From assembly GCA_964057225.1 (NCBI GenBank), contig OZ059898.1:8246001-8310000 (forward strand): a DNA stretch of 64,000 nt, written 5' to 3'. The DNA comes from Auanema rhodensis (Eukaryota; Animalia; Nematoda). The translations under genes and the position numbers were made by a program. The notes under the pieces were generated by a model. That model saw nothing but the letters and a program-made list of their open reading frames with translations. It made no database searches and was not told the DNA's origin. Each line of letters starts with the position of its first letter. The first letter of the stretch is position 1. Positions 63,876 to 64,000 of this stretch are shown one piece after another.

Positions 63876-64000
63876 AATTGTGTAAAATTCATATTTTATC
63901 GCTATACATACAAATATTATTACGTATAACTGGAAAGATACAGCAATCCAAAATTTATAAGAAAAAAGAAATTTTAAAATTAATTCATTGATGGAATTGT

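Noticed and set aside
1-64000. Transposon, CRISPR array or horizontally acquired prokaryotic system
   Set aside because: No transposase or reverse transcriptase motifs, long terminal repeats or regularly spaced direct repeats were seen. All genes are intron-rich and eukaryotic.

Overview
AT-rich eukaryotic DNA from a nematode, probably a rhabditid: introns are mostly 40-50 nt with TTTCAG-type acceptors, and trans-splice-like acceptors sit just before several ATGs. All gene models below were spliced by hand with intron-phase checks. The first ~19.4 kb is gene-dense: a 5x C2H2 zinc-finger gene (-) is head-to-head with a SAP-domain NuSAP-like gene (+) across an E2F/CHR-type promoter. A probable operon NuSAP-like > USP30 > REP-1 (+) follows, with a secreted Cys/Gln-rich ABU/PQN-type gene nested antisense in a USP30 intron. 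A convergent probable operon IKKe/TBK1-like > NAXD (-) closes the block. The remaining ~44 kb holds one gene, mig-10 (lamellipodin/RIAM, RA-PH adaptor): 13 coding exons, about 861 aa, introns up to 14.7 kb. The main unexplained signal is non-coding. More than 15 short GC-richer islands in and around the mig-10 introns and 3' UTR (plus one in a USP30 intron) are built from nested short inverted repeats that draw as hairpins or 3-/4-way junctions. Some have canonical tetraloops, one carries a let-7-like 22-mer, and many overlap palindromic bZIP/AP-2 or ETS sites. They may be structured RNA modules or palindrome-rich enhancers; I cannot compute folding statistics here. No tRNA, rRNA, transposase or CRISPR array was recognised.
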